From Tubiluchus corallicola (Eukaryota > Animalia > Priapulida), in the NCBI GenBank assembly GCA_030141605.1, contig JAQGDQ010000075.1, positions 124,001-188,000 on the forward strand: DNA of 64,000 nucleotides, read 5' to 3'. The notes beneath the pieces are model-generated. The model was not told where the DNA came from. It made no database searches and worked only from the letters and a program-made list of their open reading frames with translations. This document shows, piece after piece, positions 25,501-38,179 of the stretch (its first letter is position 1; each line of letters starts with the position of its first letter). Made by a program: the position numbers and the translations under genes.

Positions 25501-28500
25501 AAATAACATAGGTAAAACGAAAATGAATTAGATAAGTGAAAGATAACTAAGTTTTTGCCAGCTTAGAACTACATAGTAAAAACAAACGAGTTTAATGGAC
25601 TAATTAACATTATCTTTATATCAGAGAAGTTATAACCCAAGATATTTCACTAAAGATAAAACACAAGGATTTTAATGTTATTTTTGTGGACAGCTAAAGT
25701 CTAAACTATGAAAAGTAAAGATGAGCATACCTCTGGGCGAAATAACCTGCCATTGACACATCACCGTCCCATTTTCAGTTTTTACTGCTGTAGCCATAGA
25801 GCCTGTTAATGTGACTAGATTTGATTCTGACTGTATCTGAAATAACAACAAGTCCTACTCCATAAATGTATATTTAATACGCTGATATAAAATCTTTTCA
25901 TTCTTACTGAACCAAGTGTCTATATATATTTTGATTTTTTCCCTGTACCTAGTTCTATGTTCACTTTTCAGTTCGTTTCAGTGGAAACAATGGCAGCAGC
26001 ACCTTACTTTAGTATAACTAGCAATAAATTTATCTTAATATGTACAAATAAAAAGTGAATACCTCATTAGTTGAGCAATTGAGGGGCAAAATCAACCTCC
26101 GTCCCTCTGCCAAAGATGTTCCAATGCGATAATCTTTGTTGAGCAGATTCTTGAAAAGGAAGTCTTGAATGATTTTGGTGTCGTCGTAACAACACATGTC
26201 CACAACCAAGTGATTGTCCTGCTCGTATGCATTGATATGGTGGAAGCAAAACATGGGGGGACACTGATAATGAGTCGGCAATGGTTCTCCCGTGTTTCGG
26301 CTAACCACATGAATTCTGCACTGAAACATGGCAAATAGCTGTTGCAATGGTTAAAACAGATATGGTTATAATCTCATTGCAAATCATATTATTAAAATAG
26401 AAATTACATATGTATGCTGTCTGTTGAAATTCATATTATTATAACATGTAATACTATATTGTTTATTCTGCTTTTGGTTACTTTATGAATTCATAGCCAA
26501 AAAAGATGAGGATGTACATTTTTTGCAAGTAAATTAGAAAGAGTTGGCAAAAGCTTGTGAAATGCAGAAGTATAAGCGATTTAAAACACTTGTGTTTGAA
26601 AATTCAAAAACTGTGTTCCCAAATTGAAAGTAATCTGTTTAACTTGCAGCTGCCAAGCTTTGGAAAAGTTTGCTGGGTAGCTACAAGTTTACCTTCCATC
26701 CCTTGCTTAGCATTTTTTCACTCTTTTCATCTGAAAATGTCCCTAATTTTGCAGGTCATCTTGTACTAAAAGGACAACTGTTGTCGATTGAAATCTACTG
26801 TATTTGTTAGCAGAAATTTTACTCCATACTCACATTTTCACCATCCTGCCACTGTAGTGTATCAACAAGGCTTAATCCCTGAAATTTGCGGAATGCCAAT
26901 TTGAGAAGGCTAATAGCTAATGGCTGCTCCAAAAATACAAAGTAGTTGTCCGTCATGCCAAAACTGTGGTAATACCTTGGTTGGAAGTAATGCTCAATTG
27001 GAATTCTGGCAACAACTTCGGCCTTTTTAAAAGCACATGGTTCTGTAGTAGACAAAAGAAATGAACTAGTAAATGACTAATTACACAAATCCACAAATCA
27101 GTTTCTTGGCAGTTTTTACACATTATCGACTATGCTAGTAGAGGTCAAATGTTTTAAAACATTACTCATGAATAATACTGAATGTATACAGCTTCCTTAC
27201 TGCACACTGTGTACCTTGGGTTTAGCAACAAAATCACTTTATCAGTTTGTCAGAAATAATTTTTCTTACAACTGAGTGATAATAACATAATAATATGCGG
27301 TATTTAGAATTGAGACCAGGAGCTCTTAACAGCAAGAAGTCAGCCCACACCAAAAACTAAAAAAAAACAAAGGTGCAAAGTTATCATCCTTGAAAATAAA
27401 AATAACTATAATACAATTTTTATTGTCTAGGCAGGAAAAAAGGTAAGAACTGAGAAATATGTACAAGTAAATTGTCACACAAGTTTAAAAAGTCAATGTC
27501 CGGGAATGCTTCACAGTATTGGTCATTCACTGTCATCCCTGTATCATTTACAAAAAGTTTTCCTAGTCTTTAGCAAATTTTCGGACCTCAAAACTTTCAA
27601 GTAAAAATGAGCAGAAAAAAATTCCATTGTATGTCTAAGAGTTCATAGAATTGCACTGAATATATCAAGCTTTCATACCTGAATGTCGACCATAGACTGG
27701 CGGAACTTTGATGACACTGTATGAAGCAGGAGGCACAAATCTACTTCCGATGTTATACATGTTACCATCGGTGTCATAGTGAGGGTGAGCAGTTGTTGTA
27801 TTCACAGCTGTATAATAGAATTCTTTGACCTATTTGCATCATAAAATCACAAAGTGTGAAAAATGAAGCATTTTACTCCGAAAAAATACAAAGTTCCAAA
27901 TTGACAATTCAAGAGTATGCATATTTCATCTTATACTAAGGCATTTACTTTTATGAAATGCTAACTATTTGATTGACAACGAAATATTTAATTTTTAAAT
28001 TAATAACGAAATTAATTTCAAGATTATTATAAACTTAAGAAAGGACTGCTAATTGGACAAAAAAAAACATAATCATAATATATGATCTGATATTGGAAAG
28101 TAAAATTATATATGTACTACTTATCAAATATTTTCAATAATTATAATATAAAACCAAAACAGACACAGTCTCTCTAATGACTGTAAATAGAATTTTCAAC
28201 TTACGATAAAAATATCATCTTCAAGACCTATTCATTTCAAAGATTAAGTAATCAGCAACTATAAATAAAACATACCCTGCTCTCAGTTTCTAGTGAATCC
28301 TGGTTAATTTTATGCAAGATTCCCGTTTCACTAGTAGAATAGATTTCGTCTCCACAAGTAAGAAAGTTAATATTATCATTGTCAGTGAAGAAAAATGGTA
28401 TAAAATAAGTGAAGTATCTGAAAGCAATTATAATGATTAGATAAAGTCAAATTAAAGCAAGAAAAGTTATTTTTCTTAAAGATGAAGCCATTTACAAGGA

Positions 28501-31500
28501 ATGCATAACAGATTCCTTCAAAAAAACTGCTGCCTTGCAAAAATGAACACTATACAAGTAAGATTGCCTACTTGTTCAAAATACCTCCAAAATATGCTTT
28601 TGCATGGGTCTGGAAACGCAGCTGTTCCAAATTCGTCGTAAACTATTCTTCCTTTTTGTTTTCCTTCTACATAAGCACTGAAATGTTTCAACTTTGCATT
28701 ACGATGTTGAAGTTATCTATTTTTAAATGTTAATTGAGTTTTAATGGCAATAGTACATTTACAACACTATCATTGAATGCCAAATTTTTTAACGTTCAAA
28801 CACTTGCATAAAAAGCCAACAGAATTAAAGGAAAGGCCAAGCCTTCTGGGAAGATAAGCCTGCTTATTTGAATGCTTGCAAAAAATGCTAGAAAAATTTG
28901 GTAATAAAAGTACGATAAGCACCTTGTGTTATTAATACGATTACAATAAAGTCATGATCATTTCATGATTGGGTGCTTTCATTTTGAGCACCCATTTTTA
29001 AACCACTGATGTTGTTTGCCTACTGAAGTATTAAATTATTGTCAAAGTTATAATAAGTTTTTACAAAAAAAATTACATAACTAATTTTGTGATATTTTTG
29101 CATGAACAGCTGCAGAAGTCTGAATTAGTTTAAGCAATGTGCGCTTACGGAAAGCCACGATGCGCTTACGAAAAGTCATGAAGTCCGCCAGTTACGTCAA
29201 AACTCTTAAGTGAATGACGGCCACCAGCTTGCCTGAAAATTTATTTACATGGCAGTTAAAATTAACTTTGTGCTTCACAGGAGCTTTTTGCAAATTTCTT
29301 TGTTATATTTTTCTAAGTGCAAGCAATAACAGTAAAATAAATTCATCATGCTATGTGTGTAATGACCAGCTTAGCATATATCTTTGTATTTGTAACTAGA
29401 TTTAGCTATTACTAACCCCATTTAACTTTGTTGTGGAATGAGACATGTTTTTTTGGCCAATGTAAACTTTACGGGGAGTACAAGTAATTTAGTTTGGACT
29501 GTATAAAATTGTTTATAGCTGTTCAATGTATAAACCAGGAGTTACACTTTGGTTATGCGCATAGGTCGAAACTAGGGTAAACTCGACAAACGGATATGCA
29601 AATACAGGTTATCCTGCTATAGGGTTATTGAAGCCAGGCTATCAGACAACCTGCTTTGGAGCTTTTTTTCACAGAGGTGTGTGGAGAACGACTTGGCTCA
29701 TGGCAAGACAGACTTGCAGGCAGATATAATGCTGGACAGTTTTTTTTAACTTATGTTTTGCTTCTTTGCACATAAGTCATGCAACTTTAGCTGCCTCTAC
29801 CTAACGCTAATGTTTGGTGAAAGTTCCAACCCAGTTACCATTTGTTTACATCAAGTTACATTGTGACATCGGGTGTGATAACCAAACTACCGGTCTACCA
29901 ACACGGGAACAACTCCCATCTGCTTATGACATCGCAGTTCAGCTATGCTTAAAACACCCGGGTGTGCACACCGATGTTATGGATCCGCCACATTCGTCGT
30001 CGTGCTGCCGCCGATAAGCATTGCTGACGTATACTTTCATTGATGCAGAGACTGTAAGTGATAAATTCTCGTTTCTTTTACTAACTACTAGGTGACCGCC
30101 TGTTGCTTCCTTTCATTCAACGATACTTGCTTTGACTGACTCAAGATTAGTGGTAAAACTAAGACTGAGTTGAAAGTGCTAATAGCCTACATTACAACAT
30201 CGTGTGGATGGAGCTTTACTTTATGGACTTAATATTAACAAATATTGGTGAACTATTAGATTATCTTTTTTTGTTAGCCAAAGATAATTTCTTGAGTAGT
30301 GTTGCAACACATGTTTATTGAACGAGTACCCGGGCACAAATTAGCTGCTGTCAGTTGGTTTGAACTAATTTCATATTATCAACATTTATGAATATTAAAG
30401 CATTATCTTAGTATAAATACTGCATAAAATTAGTTTTACGTTTTGTGTTCAAGGAATATGTTGAGTAAAAACTGAGTAGTATGACACATGTTACCAAACA
30501 ATAAGTGCGCTGATTGCTCATACTTGATTGTGAGATCCACCTCACATTATGATGTGATGCATCCTTTTTTTAAGCTTAGAAGTTTTAAAGTTATAAATGA
30601 GTATATCGGTGCTAGTACTTAATGTGGAATAAAAAGCAGCCACTACAAGAATAACAACATTTTACTCAACACTGGGATTTGCTAAAATGCACAAGTGTCA
30701 TTAAGTAAAGACCTGTTCAACACATGCAAACATTAATTTCTGAATGTTGAGCAGATCAGTTGGTGTTCACTGCTATGATAACTGACTAATCAAAACCGAA
30801 CAGAATGTACTATTAGTTACGGATTACTAACCACTATCAGGGCCGTAGTCGGCTTTTGAAAAGTGGTCCGGCCACAGATGCGGAACAGGTAGAAAAAGAA
30901 TACAGCAGCAACATATAGAAGAGTATATTATAATTTATAATACAGAGTTATAATATAATAGAGCACTACACATACTCAATGATGACATGATTGATTAAAA
31001 CTTCCCAAACACACATCTGCGCCGCTCATTTCTAGCAGTAAACTCGTTCACAATTTCCTTCAGGTCGAGAGCGTCTGTTCTATCCATATGTACATGCAAA
31101 GTCATGAGATTGTTCAGTCTAGTTTGAGTCATCGTACTCCGCAAATAAGTTTTTACTCTACACAGGGCTGAGAATGTCTAGGCACGTATGGCAGAAAAAG
31201 TGGTCCGGCCATGGCCGGACCGGCAGGACCGCCGACTACGGCCTTGCTATGGCCTATCACTAGCACAGTATGATGGTATTTTGACATTAAAAGAAAAGAC
31301 ATTTAGCATGTTGGGTTTATTTTATGAAATAAATTTGCAAAAACTGTCTATGACACATAAAATTAATGTATTGTACCACTTTATAGAAAATTTCAGATGC
31401 AGTGATAACTGCCATTAACTGAAAAACTATGTCATAACTGGAGGACTTCGTGGCTTTACGTAAGCGTATTGTGGCTTTTTGTAAGGGCACGCCACTTAAA

Positions 31501-34121
31501 CTAATTAAGACATCTGCAATTTAAATTAATTTCAAGCAGAAATATCACTAAATTAGTCATCCAATTTTCTGTAAAAACTTGTTGTGCCTTTCTAAGGAGC
31601 CCCCAAAGGGCCACGTTGAGAAAAATTACTAACTTTTGGCCACAAATTAATATTTTTTGTGCACAGATTAGCAATTAGTAGCCACGAATTTATCATTTTT
31701 CTCAACATGGGCCCTTCAGTGGTTCTATACCTATCACAGAAATTGAGTCTTCAGCTTTGCTTCAGTTGACAAGTGATGTCTTTGGCTGAAAATGCGAGTT
31801 CTCAATCGTGAATTGATGACGACATTAAAATGATTTTACTAATTACATAAGACGTTTATCAAACTTTTATTGCTGAATCTTTCTAATATTTTTCGAAAAC
31901 ATTGTAACTAACTTCCCAGAAGGCTTAGCTTTTATTTAACTGAATTATTCGAAGAACTGATCTCTTCTTACCAACTCTCCAGAAACTTGCTGTGATACTC
32001 CACCTGACCATTTGAAATGTTGAAGCGATGCAAGAGTGCCATGCCATCAAACAGATGGTTGTATTTTTCCTCCCCCTGTTCAAACTTGGCAGGCCCAACC
32101 TTCAGCAAGCTGCCATTAATCCATTTAGGAATGGTACCTATAACAATGCACTTTTTCACAAGAGACATTAATTAACGAAAGTATGTCATCATTACATAAA
32201 GCCATCATCAAAAGTTTAATAATTGGAATTAATTTCAAAATGGAGACAGGAACATCTGGTTTTGAATCTGGTTTGTGTTTAGTGACCAAAGTTAAGCAGC
32301 AACAAACCTGATTAGTAAATGGATCAGCGAATGTGAGGAGAATGCTTTCTGCACAGTTCTCTAACCCATCTACCCATTTCGAGTGAGGGCAGATGTATTC
32401 ATACCCTAAAATGGCTAAAGCACCTCAGCCAGCTCAGTGTCTCACATTTAGATCCTGCTTACAACCATCTATGTTAAGTAAGCCCTGACATCAAAGCTGG
32501 ATCCAGGTTTAGAAAATACAATACTATAAGAAAACATTTTCAGTGAATGTCACATATCACAAGTGTAACTGTTTGGCCATAATTTCGTGTGTTGGGCATT
32601 TCAGCTAAAATAGCACTTCCATGACTACATATTTACAAAATAAACAGCTGTTAGTAGAAGATGACTAATGAAACACTTCCTTTTAAATGCCATTTAAAGT
32701 TAATGAATGTCACAACATTGATATCCTTGTTTAGCATGGTCGAGTAATTTAGACATCCCATTAGAGTGCCAAAATTTTGGGGGTGAGCAGTGGTATGTCA
32801 TTTGGCTTGGCAGAATTAGTGAAGCTTTTTACAAAAGATTGCAAACAAGATAAGGTAGGGCCTAGTAAAACTTCTAAGTCAATGAAGTCACTAGGAGTTT
32901 TTCTATAGACATTTTCTCATTCTGAAGACAAGATCTAGCACTCAATGGCAAGGAATGTTACATGTAGACAGTTTAGCAATCTCAGCGAAATCCAAAACAT
33001 TGCCAAAGCTCAAACAAAGCACACAGATAGCATCTTCTTCTTTAAGAGTTCAAAATGTATATGGGAATGCTGTAACCAATACTGGAATAGGCTTGTCCTG
33101 CAAGGCATATTTCTTTAACATTAGAATGGACAAATTTACTAGAGTCAATTCAAAAACATATTTTAAAGTTAATTTTCCTCTGCACACCTTACGTACATGC
33201 CTTGCAGCTATCAAAAATTGAATATTTATTTGTACGAAGAAACGACCTTTGCAAAAATTTGTTTAAATCAATCCAAATTCAAGACAGTAGATTCCACAAC
33301 TCCCATAAGCACAATCTTTGTAAACAACTGATGTACCTTTACCTCTTTATCGTACAGAACGTTTTAAAGTAGTTTTATACCACATGCACTTTTTAATTAT
33401 CAGTAAGTTCATTACTACTGTATACACTGTGATATATTATAATAATGGCCTTCGGGTTACAAGAGTTCTCAATAAAGCTTTAATTTGCAAAAAAATATAT
33501 CTTTAATTTGCAATGTCTTGCAGGGATAAATAGGCATAAATATGACAAAGGTGGCATTTGGTAACATCTGATAATAAGTGTTATGAAACCTTAAAATGCA
33601 AATGAATGACAAGGTGCTAATAAAAATTGCCAATTTGTACGCATACAAATTCAACCATATTTTTCCAAAATTTTTGTTACAGTTATACAACAGTTACTGT
33701 GTGAGTCTACAAGCAAATAAATACTGTCTTGACTGATGCTCTTAATTGAATTGCAGTTAATGTTATTTACATTCAAACACCCCTTAAGTAGAATGGATAG
33801 GCAAGTTCAGTAAGTTTACGTTTGTTCAGATTGATAAAAAATATGTCAGCAGCACTCATATGAAAGCATGGGTTAATCAAACATGTCCCTCATATCACAC
33901 AATATCAGGTCACTATTGCCAAAACATATTTCTATTCATATAACTGGTGTGCTATAATGGATTAGTTCTAATCAGACTGGCATAAAAATATTAAACTATC
34001 TCACGAAAGAAAAAAAGTAAAGCCTACCTACGATGTTCGAGTGAATGATCTCAGGGTGTGCTGGTACAGTATTGAAAAGAACAAAGCGAGGATCTCGAGG
34101 AGTTGGTGGCCCTCCATTCAT
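22537..34121 (-). CDS. Carotenoid cleavage oxygenase (BCO1/BCO2/RPE65/NinaB family), 11 coding exons, 528 aa
   Basis: Exons in transcript order: 34121-34028, 32137-31972, 28677-28585, 28417-28276, 27829-27679, 27042-26834, 26320-26063, 25836-25731, 25405-25305, 24690-24576, 22688-22537. Phases are consistent, total 1587 nt. Motifs: [110 protein letters not shown]. The exact ortholog cannot be assigned. Confidence 0.95.
29111..31518. mobile_element. ~2.4-kb element bounded by ~190-bp degenerate inverted repeats, in oxygenase intron 2
   Basis: tgcagaagtctgaattagtttaagc..gcgcttacggaaagccacgatgcgcttacg..aagtccgccagtta from 29111 matches the reverse complement of 31430-31518. Weaker similarity extends inward to about 29298 and 31331. 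No target-site duplication (TSD) recognised. Confidence 0.7.
30838..31246 (-). mobile_element. Non-autonomous hAT deletion derivative retaining the transposase C-terminal dimerisation segment
   Basis: 16-bp terminal inverted repeats (TIRs) cagggccgtagtcggc / gccgactacggccttg with one mismatch, and subterminal aaaagtggtccggcca twice. Minus-strand 31174-30995 encodes [59 protein letters not shown], the hAT dimerisation motif [12 protein letters not shown]...RL..L. Confidence 0.88.
31593..31729. mobile_element. MITE related to the IS3EU-like element at 332-1110
   Basis: Imperfect ~34-bp TIRs taaggagcccccaaagggccacgttgagaaaaat / atttttctcaacatgggcccttcagtggttctata. Flanks cctttc / cctatc look like a 6-bp TSD with one mismatch. 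Internal units are shared with 920-1080. Confidence 0.7.
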
Positions 34122-35709
34122 TGTGCTACAGCATATCTTTGTTGCTTGCCAATAAATCTAGTATTACAGTAACTGCAAAAAGGTATCAATTGCTTTAGTA
34201 ATTATAAAACATAGAACAAATAACAAGTTAGTTATAAAAATTGAAAAACCACGATACCTATTAGTTATCAAAACAAGTAAATGCACACTAGTTTGGACAA
34301 ACTCAACTTTACTTGGAATAACAGCTCACAAGAAAATATCTTGCTAAATTTGACTTTCAATGTATTTCTATCTTTTATATGTTACAACATAAAGAGTAAT
34401 GTTAGGGTAAACAGTACGATACAAAACAAACATCACATGACCAGAAATTTGTAAACGTTGCATGCAAGCACATTCTATGTGTCAATTACCAATAATCTGC
34501 TGACAAATTATAGAAAAATGACTATCTCAAAGTGACCCAGGTCGTAGCAGCGGCTGATAACGTGAACTATAAATGACACAAATTCTCGGCTAGAAACATT
34601 ACACTACATATAATTATGTGCTCAGTAGCAGTGTCTGACGTGTGAATGTGATGTAATAAATAGATAGTCCTTGCATTACACTTTTTTGACAGGACATATT
34701 TCTATCACATATTGATATAGACGTATTGATGAAAAAACCTGCTACAGTAAATTTTGCTTGACTATATAACCATCACAGAAATACAGTCTGACAAAGCTGG
34801 GAATGGTCACTAAAATTACTCAAAATTATCTAAAATTCATGTTTATGAATTATAACTTAAAGTCTCATCACATCTGGCAACACGGAGCATAGCTAAAGTA
34901 TTGGTAGCTCAGGCAAAGTGGTGAGAAAATATAAATAATTTAAAAATTTGAAATCGATAATCAACTACCAAAGCTTGGAAAACTGTATATAATATACAGG
35001 TTGCAATTTCATATTTGTTTTTGTAACAAAATGACACGTTCAGCTGGTTAAGATTGGTATAACTGCTGTACTTATGCAGATGAACTCTAGCAAAAGGAAA
35101 CTAGAAGAGACAGTAGAGTAAAAAGAATTAGAACGCGAATGATATATTTGAAAGGTTTTTACTAATTATACTTTCTAAGCCTATTATCTTACGGATGGCA
35201 GGAACCGAATGTAGTTATAACTGGAAAATTGGCTATATTTTGAATTCTGAAATGAGGCTGTAAGGCTCCCCCACTACCCGGCAAGCAGTTGCCGAGTGTG
35301 CGATTTAGGAACTTCGGGTCCTAATTAGGTACATCTGTACTGTGTATAGTATTGTGGTGTAATACATTTCAAGATCTAAAGCAGAAAGATCCTGCCATGA
35401 AATTTTGTTGCTAATTAACATAATTATTTTTTATTTTGGTAAAGCTAAGTGACAATTTGTTTGCTATCACCCAGTTATCAGTCTTTTTAAACTCTGTCGG
35501 TTAGTATAATCTTGCAAAGTGAATAAATTAGAGGGCAAAAAAAGCTTGTCGTCAGTAAAAAGACATGCAGTGAAATACGTAATACATATACATATGTCTT
35601 TAATGTAAATAAGAGAATGTAAAGGTCTTGGATGGATCTTTGTGGCACACTTCAGTTTATAACATAGGTACAAACTGAGAATGTACCTCACACGAACTGG
35701 TTATTTTGC

Positions 35710-36359
35710 ATATTTGTTCTTCGTAAAGCCTTCGATACGTGCCGCATAAGCATAATTTAGTTAAACTACATCATTCTGGTAGTATTCTTAGGGGTTGTGT
35801 TCTTGACGGATAAAGGCTTTCTTAGCCAATCATAGACAATGGGTGGTAATAAATTGCACAAGTTTTAGTTAGAACCATGTTACAAGCAGAGCTCTGCAAA
35901 GAGCTATATTGGGAGTTGGGACCTATTTTCTTTTTGCTATTTGTTAACAATATAAAAGATTCAATCACTTCGGATATTAGTATGTATGATGATGATGCTA
36001 AAGTGCACCTTAAAGTGCTTTCTACGGCTGATTCACTGCACCTTCAGCATTATTTGTTTCAGTTAGAGGCTTGGGTAGTCAGGCTGATTTATGGCTGTTG
36101 CAGTTCAATGCTGACAAGTGTATGGTTTACAACTCAAGCACAAATTGCAGCATTATCTGACTGCAAAGAGTTAACAAAGTCTCAGAACACATGTGACTAT
36201 ATCTCACGATTTTTAAGCTTTCTGCTCATATATAATATAATTAAAATATGTAAGAAGCCAAATAGTATGATTGGTTTGATCAAGCAATGTTTTGTTAATC
36301 GTGAGCCGAAGCAAGTGTTAACTCAAGGCATACGTATGACCAATGCTGGAGTATTCAAG
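35710..36359 (+). mobile_element. Decayed non-LTR (CR1/L2-like) reverse transcriptase fragment
   Basis: Remnants KAFDT, IKAFLANHRQWVVIN, LGPIFFLLFVNNI, ISMYDDDAKV (YADD-like), KKPNSMIGLIKQCF and PMLEYS, with frameshifts and stops. It accounts for most of ORF 35877-36491. Confidence 0.85.
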
Positions 36360-36519
36360 GATTTAGGTCCGTTTCCTAGAAAAAGTGTTTCCCCAAAAAC
36401 TTTCCACAGGAAAAACATTTCGCACAAAAAACATGCCAGAAAAACCGCAGTTGTGTTTTTAGTAGCAAGATCTGTTACTTTAGTAGGATAAAGCCTTCTG
36501 TTTCTTCTTTCTGTTTGGC

Positions 36520-36635
36520 TCTCCCTGTATACCTCATCCTCTCTCTTCCACTCCCTCCCTGTCTCTCCCCCTCTATTCCTGTTCTCCTCTCTCTCTCTCT
36601 CTTTCTCAATACCACTCTCCCTCTCTCTTTCTGCT
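36520..36635. repeat. CT-rich low-complexity tract / (CT)n microsatellite
   Basis: Pyrimidine tract containing ctctctctct runs. Confidence 0.85.
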
Positions 36636-37369
36636 TCTAATTATTTACATCACTTTAACTAAAGACTATCAGAATAACGCAATGTATCGAGTACAGCAGA
36701 CAGCCAGAATGTGCCGCATTTTTAGTGCGCTTAACTCAAGTTGATATTTTGCCCGTGCATTGTACCTAATTTTAGCGTTAAATTATAATCAATTTGCATT
36801 GTATCATTTGTCATATAATCAACTCAAATTTAACTGATTTTCAAAGGATTTGAAATAAAGTTTAATAAACAATCAAGAAAATGAAAACACCGAGCTTTAC
36901 GTTAGAGTTTAAATTTGCCCAATAAATTACGCTCCTTCACAAGATTTTTTACAGGTTCTTTTATGACAGGACCAGATCCTAGTTCATTTTCAAAATAATC
37001 CTCTTGAGTGTCACAGTCACAATCAGATGCACACACATCCTCCCTAAATCAGTGAAATAATTCGGCATAGCTGTGAAAAGAACTGCTAAACTGAGATTCC
37101 TAAGCAGTCATCTAACTAATCCATTGCCAGACTCAACAATGCTTCACCTTGACAGCCAATCACATGATGTGATTATACACTATTGTGTATGTGTAAAGAT
37201 CAACATGATTTGCTATAATTGTAATCGTTCTGAGTCTAATGTTACAAATCTACTTTCTTGCCTTTATGATTCGACCAAATTTTTTATCATGTAATCGGTC
37301 ATCTTCTTTACATTTTTTTTACAATGACATCAGGACCAAGAGTTCAACTCGTGTACGGTCTCTTCTCAT

Positions 37370-37800
37370 ATTCATTTTAAATTTATCAATAGATGGTGCA
37401 TTGACAGCAACAGCCAAGAGTGAGTCCTGTGGATGGGTTACACAACAGGCAAAAAAATGAGAACAGATGTCGGCTATATACGATGAATAGGTTAGAATCA
37501 TGGACTCGCAGTTCTCTGCATGGACTTGAGAAAAAAATTTGTTCTTGTAAAACTGAGAGTCCTTTCATAATTTTATAACAATTAACAAGATCAGCAGTAC
37601 ATCAGCGTTGTTCCAAAGTGAACATCACTGCAGGATCTGCATCATGTCCTAGCCTCAAACATCAGTCTTGAGTTTTCTTCAAAGCATCTTTGAGAGTTAT
37701 AATTTACTGTTGTGACCACACTTCTGATGCAAATTCCAAAATAGGAAATAATAGCTAAATAGGTATTAATCAACACAGGTAGTAAAAATAGCTATTTTTT
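37370..37800 (-). mobile_element. 3' fragment of a second CR1/L2-like LINE, antisense, inside the MULE-like element
   Basis: Minus-strand remnants LEFASEVWS, TLEQR*CTADLVNCYKIMKG and APSIDKFK resemble the LINE ORF2 C-terminal motifs LEYA..VWSP, TLEERR.R.DL...YKI and A.S...FK. Confidence 0.7.
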
Positions 37801-38179
37801 ATTTTGCATAACCTAACTGCGCTTTAAAAAGTATGTGAATATTATTTTATCGGAAAAAAATTCTGGGAAATGGCTATTCTGGTTAAAATCTTACAAGAAA
37901 TTGACAAGAAAGTTTTCTGTGAAGCTTTTTGTCCGGGAAAAAATTTTCTTGGAAACGAGTCTACCCCATATTCAAGTGCATTCAATCTCTCCTCAAACTT
38001 TTTCAACGAGGGATTGAGGAGGGCTTCAAGATAGCAATGCTTTGAAACCATGCGACTAATACTGTGACTGGCTGAAAAAATCGTGGACTAAACGGGAGTA
38101 GAGAATAACAAGGTTCTACTCACGAAATTCACCATTACCGTTTCCTAAATAAACAAGGTTCACATTCGTAAATGTACAG

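Larger units (their letters stand above)
36360..37967. mobile_element. MULE-like non-autonomous DNA element inserted into the LINE remnant
   Basis: Imperfect TIRs (taggtccgtttcctagaaaa versus the reverse complement tagactcgtttccaagaaaa). The flanks gtattcaag (36351-36359) and atattcaag (37968-37976) form a 9-bp duplication with one mismatch. Removing the element rejoins the LINE reading LEYSSAF. Confidence 0.65.

Noticed and set aside
35877-36491. 204-aa ORF as a functional reverse transcriptase or host gene
   Set aside because: It is a frameshifted LINE remnant that runs into a DNA-transposon TIR, and upstream RT motifs are in other frames with stops.
38124-38144. Minus-strand 21-nt coding microexon extending the oxygenase N-terminus
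   Set aside because: Its ATG GTG AAT TTC spliced to 34172 meets TAA after two codons, and the upstream intron would be only 41 nt.
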